A DNA stretch of 64,000 nt from Azolla caroliniana (lineage: Eukaryota > Plantae > Polypodiophyta). The position numbers were made by a program, and so were the translations under genes. Of this stretch, positions 12,559 to 27,365 are shown one piece after another. Where the stretch lies: assembly GCA_043228905.1 (NCBI GenBank), contig JBHGNT010000013.1, positions 17,980,001-18,044,000 of the forward strand. The letters are read 5' to 3'. Positions within the stretch are counted from its first letter, which is position 1; every line of letters begins with the position of its first letter. Below the pieces are notes generated by a model. The model had not been told where the DNA came from, searched no databases, and saw nothing but the letters and a program-made list of their open reading frames with translations.

Positions 12559-13060
12559 CACATCGACATTAGACCGGAGATATTGCAAAAGGGTTTCAAA
12601 GAGAAGAAAAAACAAGGGTTTTAGCGAGATGAAACAAGGCTCTGGAGAGATGGAAATCTTTTTGTTTCCTACCTTTGACATTTGCACATTGTCTCATATC
12701 TTATTCCCAACATCATTCACGAATACATGCTATGTGTATCTCATACTCAGTTACACTCAACACATGAAAATCTTACGAAATCCTCATACCTTGAATGCAT
12801 ATCACACAATTTAGACTACTAATATTAAAATAGTAGAAAGAGAGTCAATGTGATCTCACACTTACGTAAATGCACATTCTCAATAGGCCATAAGAAGTCA
12901 ATACTTCTACTGTAAATGCATCTTACACAATCTCGACTCCTTAGAAGAGTAAGTGAGGATGTGTATGAGAGGTTGGAAACACGAGCATGTGATTTGCCAT
13001 ATTCTTTCTTATATATATTATATGCATTGTAGACTTGTCCACATATTATAAGTAGACCTT

Positions 13061-13122
<62 letters not shown>

Positions 13123-16100
13123 GAGAGAGAGAGATCATGTAAGATGTGTTCAAGAGAACGGATTGGCTTCTACATTAGAAGATAAAGAAAGGTCATATCA
13201 AAATAAAAGGAACAATGTGTGGTAGCTAGCTAGGCCTAGAACATAAAGTTATTTTCCGCCATCTCCCTATTGGTACAATGATGATGTTGATGACCCTCCT
13301 AAACTATCAGTAGTCAATCTTCTCTTCAATGCATCTTACACTATCCTAACCATTACTGATCAATCTTAGTGTGTTTGTATTAGAGGTTGAAAACACAATT
13401 ATTAGGTTTGCCAACGTGGTCTCTATATGTAGAGAGATATCCTAGTGGGAGAGTAGTTGTATGTCCATGTTAGAGGTTATAGACATAAATGATTAGTTTT
13501 TCCATCTTCTCTATTAGTACAATGATGTTGTTGAAGACCTTTGAATTTCAAGAGACTCAAATTTGATTCACATATCATTTTATTCCTTTTATAGGGCACT
13601 GTCATCAACTCAAAATTTCTATTTCTATGACTTAAAGCTGCAATGACATTTGGTTCTCTTTGGAGACAAGACCAATGGAAATGATATTGGACATGGACTT
13701 ACTCCCCCTTGTGTGAGTTTACAAAGATAAAATGTTGAAAATCCAAGTTTAGAAATTTTAAGACTCTTTAAAGAAAGATTTATACAAACAAACACACAAG
13801 TAAGACTCAAATCCCAATTGTGAAGATTTAGAATTCCATTAATCATGAGTTGTGTATGGTTTATGTACCAAGGTAAGGTAGGTTCTTTCACCATTGTCTC
13901 TAAGGAAAGTTAGAGCAACTAGGAGGTGGTTAGTGGCCAACCTTTCTCCTAGTACCAATGTTATATACTAATGCTCAAACACAACATCATGTTATATTAT
14001 TATTACGTGCATAGCCTTTGGAGCCATTTCTAAACGCTACTTTTAATTTTTGAAGGTTAGTATAAGTGGGAAATCAATTATCCTAAGACTTAGGAAAAAC
14101 CTATGAGGAGATGTGACACTTGGGAACATGTGGTGGTCTTGGAGATCAATGAATTGAGCTACATAATGGGAGTCCTTCATATAGTTACCCCCTTCATTAT
14201 CACTACAAATAATGAGAGCTTTGCCTCATCAATAGAGTCTTCATAGCTTCAATGAGATGCCCTCACCAAAAGAGTCTTGCAACATCAATGAGATGTCGTA
14301 ACTAGGGTGGTAGCTAATCCCTTTTATAAAGGTCAAATCCTTACTCCTCCATATTGACACATAGATGTCACTAGTCCTTATTGATTTATCACAATTCCTA
14401 AGATTACAAATTTCCCACTAATCTTACACGCAAATCACTAAAATTAGAATTGGTCCCTAAGGTTATGTTTGTAATAACTATGTAACTTGACATTATTCTA
14501 GTATTGTAATACCTATGTAACAACTATTCAACTACATCAACAATCAATATTATAGTCTTGAACAAGTGACAAAAATTTTGTAATATCAAAATGATATTGT
14601 TAGTAGCACAATGGTTCCTAGGTATGAGTTGGATAGGGTGCGATAACTAGATCCATGGTCCACACATTTCCTAATTTTCAGGTTGAACTACAACATGGAT
14701 GTTTGGCAAGCACAACTCATTACTTCTAAGCTTGCATATTCCCTTTGCACACTCAAATTATATCATACAATTAATAGGCCATATAATTTTTTATATGCCT
14801 AAATGGGCCAAGATTTAGAACTCAATGAAGGACCCCATTGTATTCTCTAAAACCATCAAGTCAAATGTGATAAGAAATGAATAAAAACAATGTAATGGCA
14901 TATAGGAGAAAACTTAAACTAAGTTTGAGCATTTATAATACCATAATCTTCATGATAATGTCTAAAATGATAGAGCCATATTAGTTTTTGGGAAATATAA
15001 AGCTAATGGTGTTTGTGTACATGTATTCATGCGTGGATGAAGGGGGAAATCTAATACCATAACAATGTTATTAAGAGATCGAAGTAGAATTTTCATGAGT
15101 AACTTTGAATGCAAACTTGGAGAAATGATTAATCAAATTTAAACTGAAGATTCATCGGAATTAGTTCATATTTGTGTAGTATCACTTATATATATAAGTG
15201 ATACACTACAACACAATAAGTACTTGGCCTAGATCATTCTGTTTTTTAGGCATGCTTGTATCTTTCATAGTTTTATCGTGAACTATATCTATTGTATGGG
15301 ACACTTCTTTTTGTACCTCATGAGTTTACTTTTCCCTTGTGGGTGGTAGAAATTTCACTCATAGTTAGTAGCATCTACCTTAGGCCAAAATGTTTACATT
15401 GTAGGAGTGATGCGATCAAAGTCTAGTAGGAGAAGCAAAAGAGATATACAATGGATAAATATTTAATCATTGGGTACCATAATCTTGCCAAATGTTGAAG
15501 TTTATCCTATGGATGCATTCAAAAATAAAAAATGTGAAATGACTAGAATGTCAAAATTAACAAGTTTTTAACATGAGCAAAATTATTCCAATCATGTAAA
15601 TGATACAAGTTGCTTGACTAAGAAGCGTGACCACTCTAGTTGATGAAAAAGTATGGTAAGATCCAGAGTAAATTGCATGGGATCAATTGCAAGGCTAATT
15701 ATTGGCAACAATGTGTGTGCATAAATTCATGCCTACAGGAATTCAAACAATATCTCAACGAGTTGAATGTAAGGTTAAGGATGTGCCCAAAGATGAAAAA
15801 ATGAACGAATAGGGACATCTATGGGACTAATTCAGTTCTTCTACAACTATGCTAGTGGAATTTTGTAATGTTATAACTTTGTGCTTCATTCAGAAACCAA
15901 ATTTGTAGCTCAATGGGTTCCTCAAATATCATGGGTTAATGTGGATAAGTGTAGCAGCCTTAAATAAAAACGGGGCCAATAGGTAGAAATATAGAAGCCA
16001 CTCTCCTTGATGTGAATGGTATTAAAATAAATGAGAGACTATTGTAAACAATCAGTAAATAAAGAGATTATGTAACTTTAGGGCCCTTTTCAAGTTTGTT

Positions 16101-16614
16101 ATGTGAAAATCATGGAAATGATAAGATCATTAGAGCAATACATTAACAAGACAAATAATTATGAAAGCAAGGTGTATAGTGTTAAAAAGAGTTAAGAATT
16201 TTACGATTTGAAAAAGTTTGGCCCAATACAAAAGTATTGGAGATATCTAGCTTGCTCAAATGGTGGAGGCTAAGTGAGGACTTTGATCCCTATGAAGCAT
16301 TGTAATTGTTTAACTTTCCTATTATCGATATTTCATAGTTTGGTCTAGCATTTGGCTCATTCATAGGTGGTAAAATTTATTAATAATCAATTTAGAGAAA
16401 TTAGGGGCTCATCTAGTTAATATATGGGAAATACCCTTTGTGAAGGTGTCTTGGAGTATCTCTCTTAATAAATTTTGCAAGTAAATCCTATGTATTGTGT
16501 TTGTTATAAACTTGGAAGTATGTTTTTTTCTTTACTGATTATATTTGCACGAAATTTATTTTTCATTTGAAACAAATTAGATAGCCTTTGAACCGCAAAT
16601 GGATAAGTGCCTCC

Positions 16615-16826
16615 TAGGGATCGACAACGACTCGGCTCAAGCCTAAACCGTTTGTCTTAGCCGGCTTGAAAATGGCTTAGTGGTTTAGCGGCTCGGCTCG
16701 GTTTAGGCTTGAACTTGCCTTAACGGTTTGAGCTCGGCTCAGCTTGGCTTGAGCCTCGCCAAACCGGCTAAGCAAGCTAAACCGTTTATAAACTTTAGTG
16801 AGAGGGGGAGAGAGACAATAGACAAA

Positions 16827-16862
<36 letters not shown>

Positions 16863-17310
16863 GTGAGGGAGACTAAAAGGACGATGGGAGAGAGAGAGAG
16901 ATTGAGTGAGGGAGAACTACACAGACGAGGAGAGAGAGAGAGAGAGAGGGAGGGAGACAATATATAAGGAGAGAGAGAGAGAGAGACTACACAAAGGGGA
17001 GAGAGAGAGAGAGAGAGGAACTACATAGAGGGGGGAGAGAGAGAGAGAGGGAGAGAGTCGAGACCACAGACGTGAGAGAGAGTGGGAGGGAGAGCTTGTA
17101 CAATGTATACTATATAGTATATAGTATATTAGAGAGAGAGGGAGGTTTCTAAACCAGTTTCCAAGCCGTTTACCAAACCGGTTTAGCATAAACCGGTTTG
17201 TGAACCGGCTCGGCTCAGGTTTGAGATCCTGTAAACGGTTTAGGCTTAGCCGGTTTGGCCTGATCCAAGCCAAACCGGCTAAGCCTAAACCGAACCGTTG
17301 CCGATCCCTA
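16615..17310. mobile_element. Non-autonomous hAT element (MITE/Ds-like), 696 bp
   Basis: TIRs TAGGGATCGACAACG ... CGTTGCCGATCCCTA. Perfect 8-bp TSD GTGCCTCC (16607-16614 and 17311-17318). Subterminal AAACCG/CGGTTT/GCTCGG motif arrays and a GA-rich core. Confidence 0.93.
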
Positions 17311-18239
17311 GTGCCTCCGTTCCTTGTCATCGCATGGTGGAGGAGGCATTGTTTCCATAATCTCGAAATGTGAATGCTTAAACCCTCCTATATCAACGTT
17401 CATTGTAGCTATATATGTCTTTGGTGAGATTGTGTCTACTAGCAATTGACGTTTCGAAATATTAACAATTTTAATGATTAAAATTTTGATTTTGTGCTAT
17501 GGCTTTGTTTCCATATGGGCGTAAGTTGTAACTTTCATTGGGCACTAAGTGAGCTAATAGAAAGTTACAAAGCAAAGACAACAATAAACATATTAGTGAT
17601 CACATGGAGTGCATGGATAAGGGAAGTTATAGTAAAGCACCATCAACTTTGGGTAAATGAGAAATTTTTAGAGACTATGTGTGAGAAACATGGTGGCAGA
17701 AAGCTTGTGGAGAAATGTGGGGTGAATAGAAAACGCCAATAACAAAACAAATATCTAGAAACAAATTTGTGGACGAAGTGGGTCCCAAGCAATAAATGCC
17801 AAAAGCAAAGCAATTTGTGTCGATACTAGATAGATAGGGAGAGAGAATGAAACAATGAGAGGGTGAAGGAGCACATGGCGAGTCCATGTCTTTTGATGCG
17901 TGTCAAATGCAAAAATCAAAGGAAACGTGTAGAAAGAGGGCACATGGAGAAGGGAATGAATTTTAGGAGTGAAGGGAAAGCTAAATGCAAAGTAAACTTG
18001 TGGAGAGAAACCAAGGGAGATAGAGAAAGATAAAGAGACAGTATTATATATTTGAAGGTGTTCCCTACCATATCTTGACTTGGGTAATGTTTGTATGTCA
18101 ATGCCTCAAAAGTGTAGCAAGCAACCTAAAAGAAGGATAATTGTTGGAATAGGAAGTCATCTCTCTCATAAGATTGATCTAGAAGTAAGGGTGGCACATT
18201 GGAACAAAGAAAATATATAACTTTATGTTCTAGGAGTAA

Positions 18240-18400
18240 ACAATGGCTCATACAACGAGAAGACCATTGTGTAGCCAAGAGATAGATACATGGCCTTATA
18301 TAATTGAAATCCCCGGAAATGACAAGGCACTTGGGATTATACCATGTTATTGCCTTCATAACATAGTTATGAAAGAGAGAAAGAGTATGTGTGTGAGGCC
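18240..18400 (-). mobile_element. Possible LINE AP-endonuclease remnant
   Basis: CLVISGDFNYI (GDFN motif) inside ORF 18126-18680. Little other support. Confidence 0.3.
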
Positions 18401-19464
18401 AATAATTGGAAATAGAGAAGTTGGTGTGCAAGTAATGTAAGTAAACATGTACGTGTATGCATGAGAGAGAGAGAGAGAGAGAGAGATTGTTGTACATCAC
18501 ATGATAAAAGAAAAGAGGATAATGTGAATTAGGGAGCGAAATATGTATAGCGGACCAAAACACCATGATATAGCATTTTGGTTGCTCCCTTGGCCCATTG
18601 TAAGATGAGTGACACCTTGGATGAGAGAAAGCATGCACGTTGTAACGGAATGTCTCACATGTGGCTATGTGCATTGTCACTCAAATAATATCCCAAGGGC
18701 TTCATATGCATGTATCAATTGAACTTCTGATGTCTCTCACTAAGAGAATTGACATAGCCTCCAAGCACATATGCTACAAACCATAATCCATAGATTCTTC
18801 TTCCACAGAAACTATTTGATCCATGCTACACTATCGCATACATTTTCCCAAAATTCCATGCATGAGCAAAGATGAGTAGGCCATAGTTAGCACGTTGTCG
18901 TTAATTTTTGAATGAGGATGGTGAGTTGTTATGCGTAGTGGTCATTTCGAGATCTTCCATTGCTCAGTATTTGGGTACGATTTCCATCACTAGAGTGTGC
19001 TGCTACTAGTAGGGGAAAATAGCATGTACTTGCTCCATTCCATGTGGTCTTTGTTGTTGGTTGATCCTAGCGATTGTAGCCTGTTAAGAACAACGAGGAC
19101 ATGCATTTCCAAACTTCGATAAAAAGGCTTTCTCATATAGTTTTGCGAGATCTTTGATCCAGGGTTAGTCTTATTTAACCGTCAATCTCAAAATGTGTTG
19201 ATCATGGGCTCTGGTCGAGTTTGTGAAGTTATCGACTAATTATGGGGGGGGGGGGGGGGGGGATTATTCGGTCCATGTTGGACAAGTTTGGAAATCTCAT
19301 TTTCTCACCGCATGGTTGGTGTACATAAGCATAATATATGCATGTAGAGAGATCCAAAGGAGGGTGACTGGAATTACGAAGAGAGGTGTCAAAGGAGGAA
19401 ACCGAAATGAAAAGGTTAGATTTGAAAAGTGGATAGAGAGAGACAGAGGGGGGGGGGATTCAAT

Positions 19465-19506
<42 letters not shown>

Positions 19507-19596
19507 TAGGAGTAAATAATGAGACAGAGACAGAGAGAGACTGATGATGATGATGAAGGAGAGAATGCGAAGAGACGGAGAGCAAGAGAGAGAGCG

Positions 19597-19630
<34 letters not shown>

Positions 19631-19970
19631 GGTCGAATCAGATGGACGGCGTGGCAGAGAGGAGACTGACCGACGGGTCAGTAGTTTTTTTTTTCTCCTT
19701 TATTTTTTGGCTGTACGAAGCCACAACCAACAATGGGCGCTGACCGGAGGAGCCCTTCACCCCCTCCCTCTTATTACAAAAATAAAGAACAGGAGAAAAG
19801 GAAGAGGAGACGGAAAGAATGGCCAGAACGGCCATCCGCCCGCGTGTGAAACCGAACTAGAGCGACGGGCCCAAATGACCGTCGGTCGGTTCAATTTGGC
19901 GGCGTGGCCGTGCGGGCGGGCACGCAAAAAATATAAACAAACACTCAGACTTTAAAATCTACATCAAATA

Positions 19971-20007
<37 letters not shown>

Positions 20008-22448
20008 GAAGAAAAGCTCTGCTTTTATAAACAATATAATAAGAAACGAAATAAAAAAAAGAAAGATCCAATCAGTCTTTGTCTTGTGTGGGGGGCCGTC
20101 CGCCCCCAGTGTGAACACGGACGGCCCACGGCAAAGATCGTGTCGGACGCCGGGAGACCCTCCCGAGTCCCTTCCTCCCCAAAGGAAAAAAGAAGCCCTT
20201 TTTACTGTGTGTACTCATATCATCCCAACCGGTTTGCCGCCTCCCACGCCGTGAACCCTGGTTCTTCTTCTAACACACAATCTCTGCTCCCTTCCTGCCT
20301 TCCTTCCTTCCTTCTCTTTAGACAAAAAAGAAGAAGAAGAAGAAAACAAAGCAAATTCATACCATATTTTTCTGCCTGCATTCCGTGTTTATGTCTGTGT
20401 CCGTGTCTGTGGGTGCGTGTTGTGTGCCTTCCCGAGGCTCTCTCTCTCTCTCTCTCTCTCTTCCTTCCTTTCCTTCCCTTCTTCCATCATCATCTTCATC
20501 TTCATCTCCGTCTCTCTCTGAGACAACATAAATAAAAATAAAGAAATTAAAATTCAGGGCAGCAACCTTGCGTACGACCATACGTGCTTGCTTATATTCG
20601 TATTTGTTTTTTTTTTAAATTATAAATTTTTTTATCTTCCTTATTTATTTTTTTTAAAAAGAAAAGAAAAAAGAAGAAGAAAAGGCACTGCGATTATTAT
20701 TATTATGATGATGATGATGATTGTTATGGGATTTGTCATTCAGGGATTTTATTTAATTATTATTTTTTGCTTTTTATTTATTTAATTATTTAAACCCTAG
20801 AGAGAGAAGGGAATGGGCACGACTAGATTTCTTGGGTTCGGTCTGAATTCACACGTCGCTGTCGCACGTGGCACGAATTGTAAGTTCATGTCTGAACGGC
20901 GCACCACTCTCTCTGCTTCTCTCTTTCTGCCTTTATTAATTTATTTACTGCTTCAACTCCTATTATTATTATTTATTTATCTAACTAGTTTTTATTTTTT
21001 GTGTGTTTATTCGCCTATATATGTACACACACACACACACATATAGAATTAATTATTTAATTTGCTTTGCTATTGGATTTCTACATTTATGTAATGATCA
21101 TGCATTATCATCCCCTCCCCTACGTATTAATGATCCCCAAAAACAATAGTTATTGTTATCCACATGCTGTTTTATTTATTTATTTTGCTTTTTACGTTCT
21201 TTAACACCATCCTCGTTTAATCGATTCCCAACACACACATACACACAATCGCACAAAACATATTTACGACCGTTAATCTCTCTATTTGCCCTCTCCTATA
21301 TTAAGTATAATTTCGATTATTAGAAAGGAAAACCCTGCCTGCCACTGTAGTTGTTGGATCCTTTCGATTATGAAAAGAAATTCTATTTGTCGTTTGATTT
21401 CGCTTCTTTTCAGCTATAAAATTATAACCGCTAAATTGGGGTTTTATTAAGCTGGGCTGTTAAAAAATTATTTAAAATCTATAATTGTCTTTCCTGAAAG
21501 CAAAAAACACAGGTTATTTTTAGTTTTGCTTCTTTCTGTTTCAGTTCTTCTGCATTTCTAACGACTTACTTGGTATGACAATAATATTATTATTATTAAA
21601 AAAATAATAATAATAGTATGTATGTATAGGCAGTAAAATCTTCCAATTCAAAATTTCCCAATAAGTTAAAAACGCAGAAACTTCAGAAAATTCTTAGGGA
21701 ACAAATTGCTGTTGAAAAATATATAAAGATTTTGCCGACTAATTAAATTAAGTTCAGCTTCAAAACTGCAGTTTTGTTTTTTCACCCATTAAAGTTTTTT
21801 TTTTTTTTTGGGGTGGAAATCATTAAATGAATCCAGAAGAATATTAAACAAATTACAGATGATTGATTTTTCTCCCAAAGTCATAATAAAACCCAACCGA
21901 GAGCTGCTGAACTACGTAGTTTGGAGTTCCCCTAGTTAGGGGCTGCTTTGATTTTCAAGTTTCATTTTCCTTTTTATATCCAAAGATAAAGAAAAAGAAA
22001 ACAGGAGATAATAATTGGAGAAATGATCCCTCTCCTCTTACCACTGGTACAAAAATACTGAGAGATTTTTTTTTTATACTTATTGCAGCTTTTTTTTGTG
22101 TGTGTGTGTGTGTGTGTATTAGTTATTTGGATTACAACTTAGTTTTTGCCCATCGAGAATCTTTGTTGCTCTGGTTGTATCGGATCAACCGAATGTAAAG
22201 TGAAATGAGTGAGTAAATAAAAATACATACATATAAAAAGAGATGATAAAACGAAGTAAAAACTGTGGATTTTTAACCAGACTAGGTAGGTCTAACCAGG
22301 AGAGAGAGAGCGAGAGAGATCAGACAAGAACCAACCAGAAAGAAAAGGCCATGGTTTGTTTTGTTTTATTTAAAAGGAAAGGTCTAGAAAATGCTCTCTG
22401 CACAAACATCAGGGATGTGATTATATTATGATTATTTATTATAAAAAA

Positions 22449-22492
<44 letters not shown>

Positions 22493-23665
22493 CCTTATAT
22501 TTAAAAATATGCCCACATGGAACGAAGACAGAAAATTGGCCCATGAGAAAAGAAGGATATATTAACGTCTTCTATGGCCAAATTTGGCCCATGAGAGACA
22601 ATTGGTTTACTAACAAAAATGGGGTGTTTTTCCAATCATAAGAACTAAAAAAGAAATAGAACTTAAGTTAAAAGAGTTCTAGTATTGTACAAAATGTGGT
22701 ATGGTGTAACACATTCCATAAAGGAAATGACTTTGCACTAAGCTTAATTTCATTTCCACCCAAGACTCTCGAAAAGAAGTGAGAGAAACACATACACACA
22801 TACGTAGTCACGTACAATAACAAAGGCGTCCATTAGATAAGTCTAAATGGGTAAAAAAAAATAAAAATGTATATGTAGAAGAGAGTCATATAAATTTTAC
22901 GTATACTTCTTTTCAAAGCTATCTTTTCGAGATCGAAAGAAAGAGGAGGGAAGGGGAGAATGGGGAAGCGAGGGGGGGGGGGGGGGATGTTGAGTGAGTC
23001 AATAAGCAATTAAAAGGAAAAACAATAATAAGTAGTAAAATAAAATTAATTGGTATTGGTTCTCCTCTTTTTCTTTCTTTTATTTTATATCATCAAGACA
23101 TCATAATTGAAGGAGTGTGCGTAGGTATGTGAAATCAGGAGGGAGTTGATGATGATGGCATCAAGCAGCTAATTAACTGCTCCTAATTAATCATCAGTGG
23201 TGGTAGTAATAGAATAGTAGGAGTAGTAGGGAATAGTAGTGTGTGTGTGTGTGTGGGGGGGGGGAGGACAAATTGTGTAAGTAGAATTCAGTGGGCTACT
23301 TATGTAAATAATTATGGTAAAAGAGTAATTGACAATAATAATAATTATTATTATTATGATGATTGTTAACCACATTTCTTACATTACCAAACCTTCTTTT
23401 GGTAAGGGTTTGGGGGGGGGGGGGGGGGAAGAAGTGTCTTCTTATAGGGGGAGGGCTTCTAGGGGCCAATATTCATTCATTCATATTATTACAAGAAGGG
23501 ACTCCCCTCCCAAAAGAGTCAATTCGATTAAATTGTACACACACACACAGTCTCTCTCTCTCTCTCTCTGGGGTGGTAATTTTTGGGTTTATTTTGCTCT
23601 CCTATTCTATTCTATATGTCTCACTCACTCACGCATTCTATCCTATCCTATTCTATTTTCTATTG

Positions 23666-23713
<48 letters not shown>

Positions 23714-24011
23714 CCGACCTTTCCTTCTCTCTTCCTTTTTCAGCTGTTATGCCTCTCCATCTGTAGCAACAGACAGTGTGTGAGTGTGAACCAAAATTGT
23801 GTGGGTTTGTGGGGGCACCATATAACATAATACCCTCCCCCCCCCTCCAATTGCCACTGCTGTTATTCATCAATTATTAAACATACATAAACATATATAT
23901 ATATATATATATATGTGTGTATATATATAATTGTTGAGGTACTCGGGGGTAACATTTGGGCATTGGGATATTTTGGATCCATTTCTACTTTGATCTTTGC
24001 CTGCCACCTTG

Positions 24012-24053
<42 letters not shown>

Positions 24054-24065
24054 TCACTCACTCAC

Positions 24066-24112
<47 letters not shown>

Positions 24113-24363
24113 CTCTCTCTGCCTGTTCACTTCCCTCCTATTTTCTCTCATTCGTGTTTTTCTTTGTGTGTGTGTTGGGGTTTAGGGTTATAATTGAAAT
24201 TAGAGTTAGGCAAGCTAGAAACAGGGGAGGAGGGGGGGGAAGTGTGTGGCTTCTACTAATTACAGTTATTATTATAATCTTCCTCCTCCTCCTTCCTTCC
24301 TTCCTACACAGAGACAGACACAGACACAGAGAGTGTGACAGAGAGCAGGGGACCCCTTCTTCT

Positions 24364-24398
<35 letters not shown>

Positions 24399-24402
24399 TA
24401 GC

Positions 24403-26646
24403 ATGATGAACAATAACACCAGTAACAGCAGTAGCAGCACTACTACTACTACTACTACTACGACTACTACTAATCCTGCTCCTGCTTCCATCTCCATCAC
24501 CACTAACAATACTAATCCTACTACTACTACTACTAATCCTACTACTAATCCTGCTACTAATCCTGCTGCTGCTTCGCTAAATAATTGGCTTGCTTTTTCC
24601 CTAACTCCACATCTAGCCATCCAAGGCCTCCAACAACAGCAGCAGCAGCAGAATCATGATCATCAAGATCAGCGTCATCTCATTCCTCAAGCTTATAATC
24701 ACCTCCAGGATCATGAATTGCTACTCCCTCAAGCTCAAGCTCAAGCTCAAGCTCAACCTCCCCCTCCCCAAACCTCTAACCCTAGACCTAATTTAATCTA
24801 TGTGAATGCCCCTGCTTTTAACCCCCCTCCTCCTCATCATCATCATCACCATACTGCTCATCAATCTGCCAGTGCTAGCCCATATCATCAGCATATTAAT
24901 CATTGCTATGATCATGATGAAGATCACCATCCTCCTCCTCCTCATAATCATAATCATAATAATCATAATCATCATCATAATCATCTCTCAGGCGCTAATA
25001 ATTCTACCAATTCTCACGATGATACCACTTCGTCTGCCATTCAGGATCGTCTCTCCTCCCGCATGATCATGAATGACAACGACAACACTACCACCCGAGG
25101 TGCTGTTTTGGTTCCATCACTAACAGAGAGAGCTTCCTACTATTATTATAATTCTGGCTCAATTATCTCTGTTTTTGGAATCAATGCGCTCTTAAAAATT
25201 TGAGCTAAATCTTTTTCTTTTCTTTTATGGGTTCGGGCTCACATACATTTACTTTGTTATAATAATGCAGATCAGAATGCGTGGCATTTCAAAACAGTCA
25301 ATAATGATCACCAGAGCCATGGATTCTTGCTCAACAATAGTACAGAGAATATGGAGCTCAGCTATGGAAACCAGCTCATGATCAGCAGCAGCCATGGCGC
25401 ACAGCAACACAATAATCATCACAACAGTTCTAACTATGGCAATCTTAATCATAAATATCACGACCTGCAAGAGTATAGCAATCATATGACAAATACTACT
25501 ACCATGAACTGCTCAAACTTTAGTAATAATCACAACAACAACAGCAACAATGGGAATACAACCTTAAAAGAGGAAGCTCCTGTAGTCACACACAAATCCT
25601 GTAATGATAATTATGATACCGCCCATAACAACATTAGCAATCATAATAGTAATCATCATAATAATAATGTCATGGATAATGATCAGCATAATAACTATAA
25701 TTACCATCACAGTAATTACAATCGAGACAGCTACAATCATCCGATGAATGGATCTACTGTGATGCAGAGATGCAAGTCGGAAGAGCGCGGACCGAAGCTC
25801 GAAGATTTCCTCGGGAGGGGTGCGTTCGGAGGGTCGCAATATCGTACGCCAGTCGATCAGGCGGCCATCATCGCTAATGATCCTCAAGATACTAATAGAT
25901 CACGCCATACTAATATTAATGGCAGCAATCATGATATGGAGAATCTATATAGCTTCCATTCTGCTCCTAGTATAAGGTTTCATAACAATGATAATGCAGA
26001 TGCTTCTCCTGCTCCGGCTCCTGCTCCTGCTGATGAGAGAGAGAATCTTCACATAAATGTTAACCTTCCATTAATGCTTAATCCAAGATCAGATCGTCAT
26101 CAGCAGCATCATCATCTGCATGTGCCTTCTCCTAAATCTTCTTTCAACAATCCTGCAGCACGCAATTGCTTCTACCCGAACAATAATAACACCGGTAATG
26201 ACAATCTTAATCCAAGAACAGAGCAACCCAATAATCATCCTCACCATCAAATGAAATTTAGTAGCACAGGTGACATAAACTTAATTAACAGCCAATTAGC
26301 TGACCATGGTGATCACCGCCATCATATAGTCGGCCTCGACTCCGTCGACCACCTCTCTGATAATACTACTACTGCTATGGATGCGGACATTGGTGGCGGC
26401 CATAGCCTTAACAATGGTGCATTATTCACAGATCATCCTAACTCCTCCAATTCAATACTGCATCAACAGCAAGAAGCTTCCTATGGCACCAGCAATTTTA
26501 ACCCTAATCAAGTCATGATGTCCAACAGCACAGCTGCTGCCATTAATAACAATATAGGCGGGCATGCCGATTGTCCGGCTGGACATATGGCGGCCGAAGA
26601 TCATCGAATCAACTATAGCGAGAGCCTCACTAACATTGGGGGGGTC

Positions 26647-26685
<39 letters not shown>

Positions 26686-27328
26686 TCGGCCCTCAAGACA
26701 TGGCTAACCACCAACAAGTTTCCGTATTCCCATGATGTGAATGTGAATCCCGGGACGCCCAATTCGAACCCGGCCGCGTCCTCGAGGCTACTCTTCTGGG
26801 GCGCAACCCGTAGTCATCAGTATCACACGCCAAATGGACCCACATTAAACCCGGGGGGCATCAATCTTGAACTCAATGGGACCTTCCAATCTCCGCTCTC
26901 GTTATCCATGAACCCCGGCCGCCTCAATATGCTGCACCATGGGCCCCTGAGCCTAAGCAATAGTGCCCATAATTATGCCATGGACAGTAGTAGCCTGGCC
27001 ATTAGGCCGGCCACTACTGCCGGAGGAGGAGGCGGCAATCTCATGAGCCATCATCATCATCACCATAATGTCCTTCGTAGTAATGCGCCTGTGGTGGTGG
27101 CCGAGGCATCCTCGGCCGGCATTATTAATGTAAAGAAGAGAGGGCTCGGTAAATTATCGGGCGTGGCTAAAGACCATGTTGTCCCCCGGAAATCGATCGA
27201 TACATTTGGCCAACGGACATCCCAGTACCGAGGAGTCACTAGGTACATTTTACACCAGAGACACAGATTTCACACTTATATATATATGCATTCATTCACA
27301 TTATATGCATATCCATGGATCCAAACAA

Positions 27329-27365
<37 letters not shown>

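Noticed and set aside
12505-12560. miR156/529-like TGACAGAGAGAGAG...AGCAC
   Set aside because: A plain (GA)n tract with no complementary arm.
14201-14305. CACTA transposon end (CACTACAAAT plus short CAATGAGATG repeats)
   Set aside because: No matching opposite terminus or 3-bp TSD found.
14900-16450. Possible decayed coding or TE sequence
   Set aside because: Looks like TE debris, but I could not identify any diagnostic motif, so it is left unannotated (likewise 17.4-18.1 kb and 46-48.9 kb).
23956-24402. N-terminal extension of the ANT ORF from the TTG start in the ORF track
   Set aside because: Runs through CA/CT/TCT microsatellites typical of a 5' UTR; the first ATG is at 24403.
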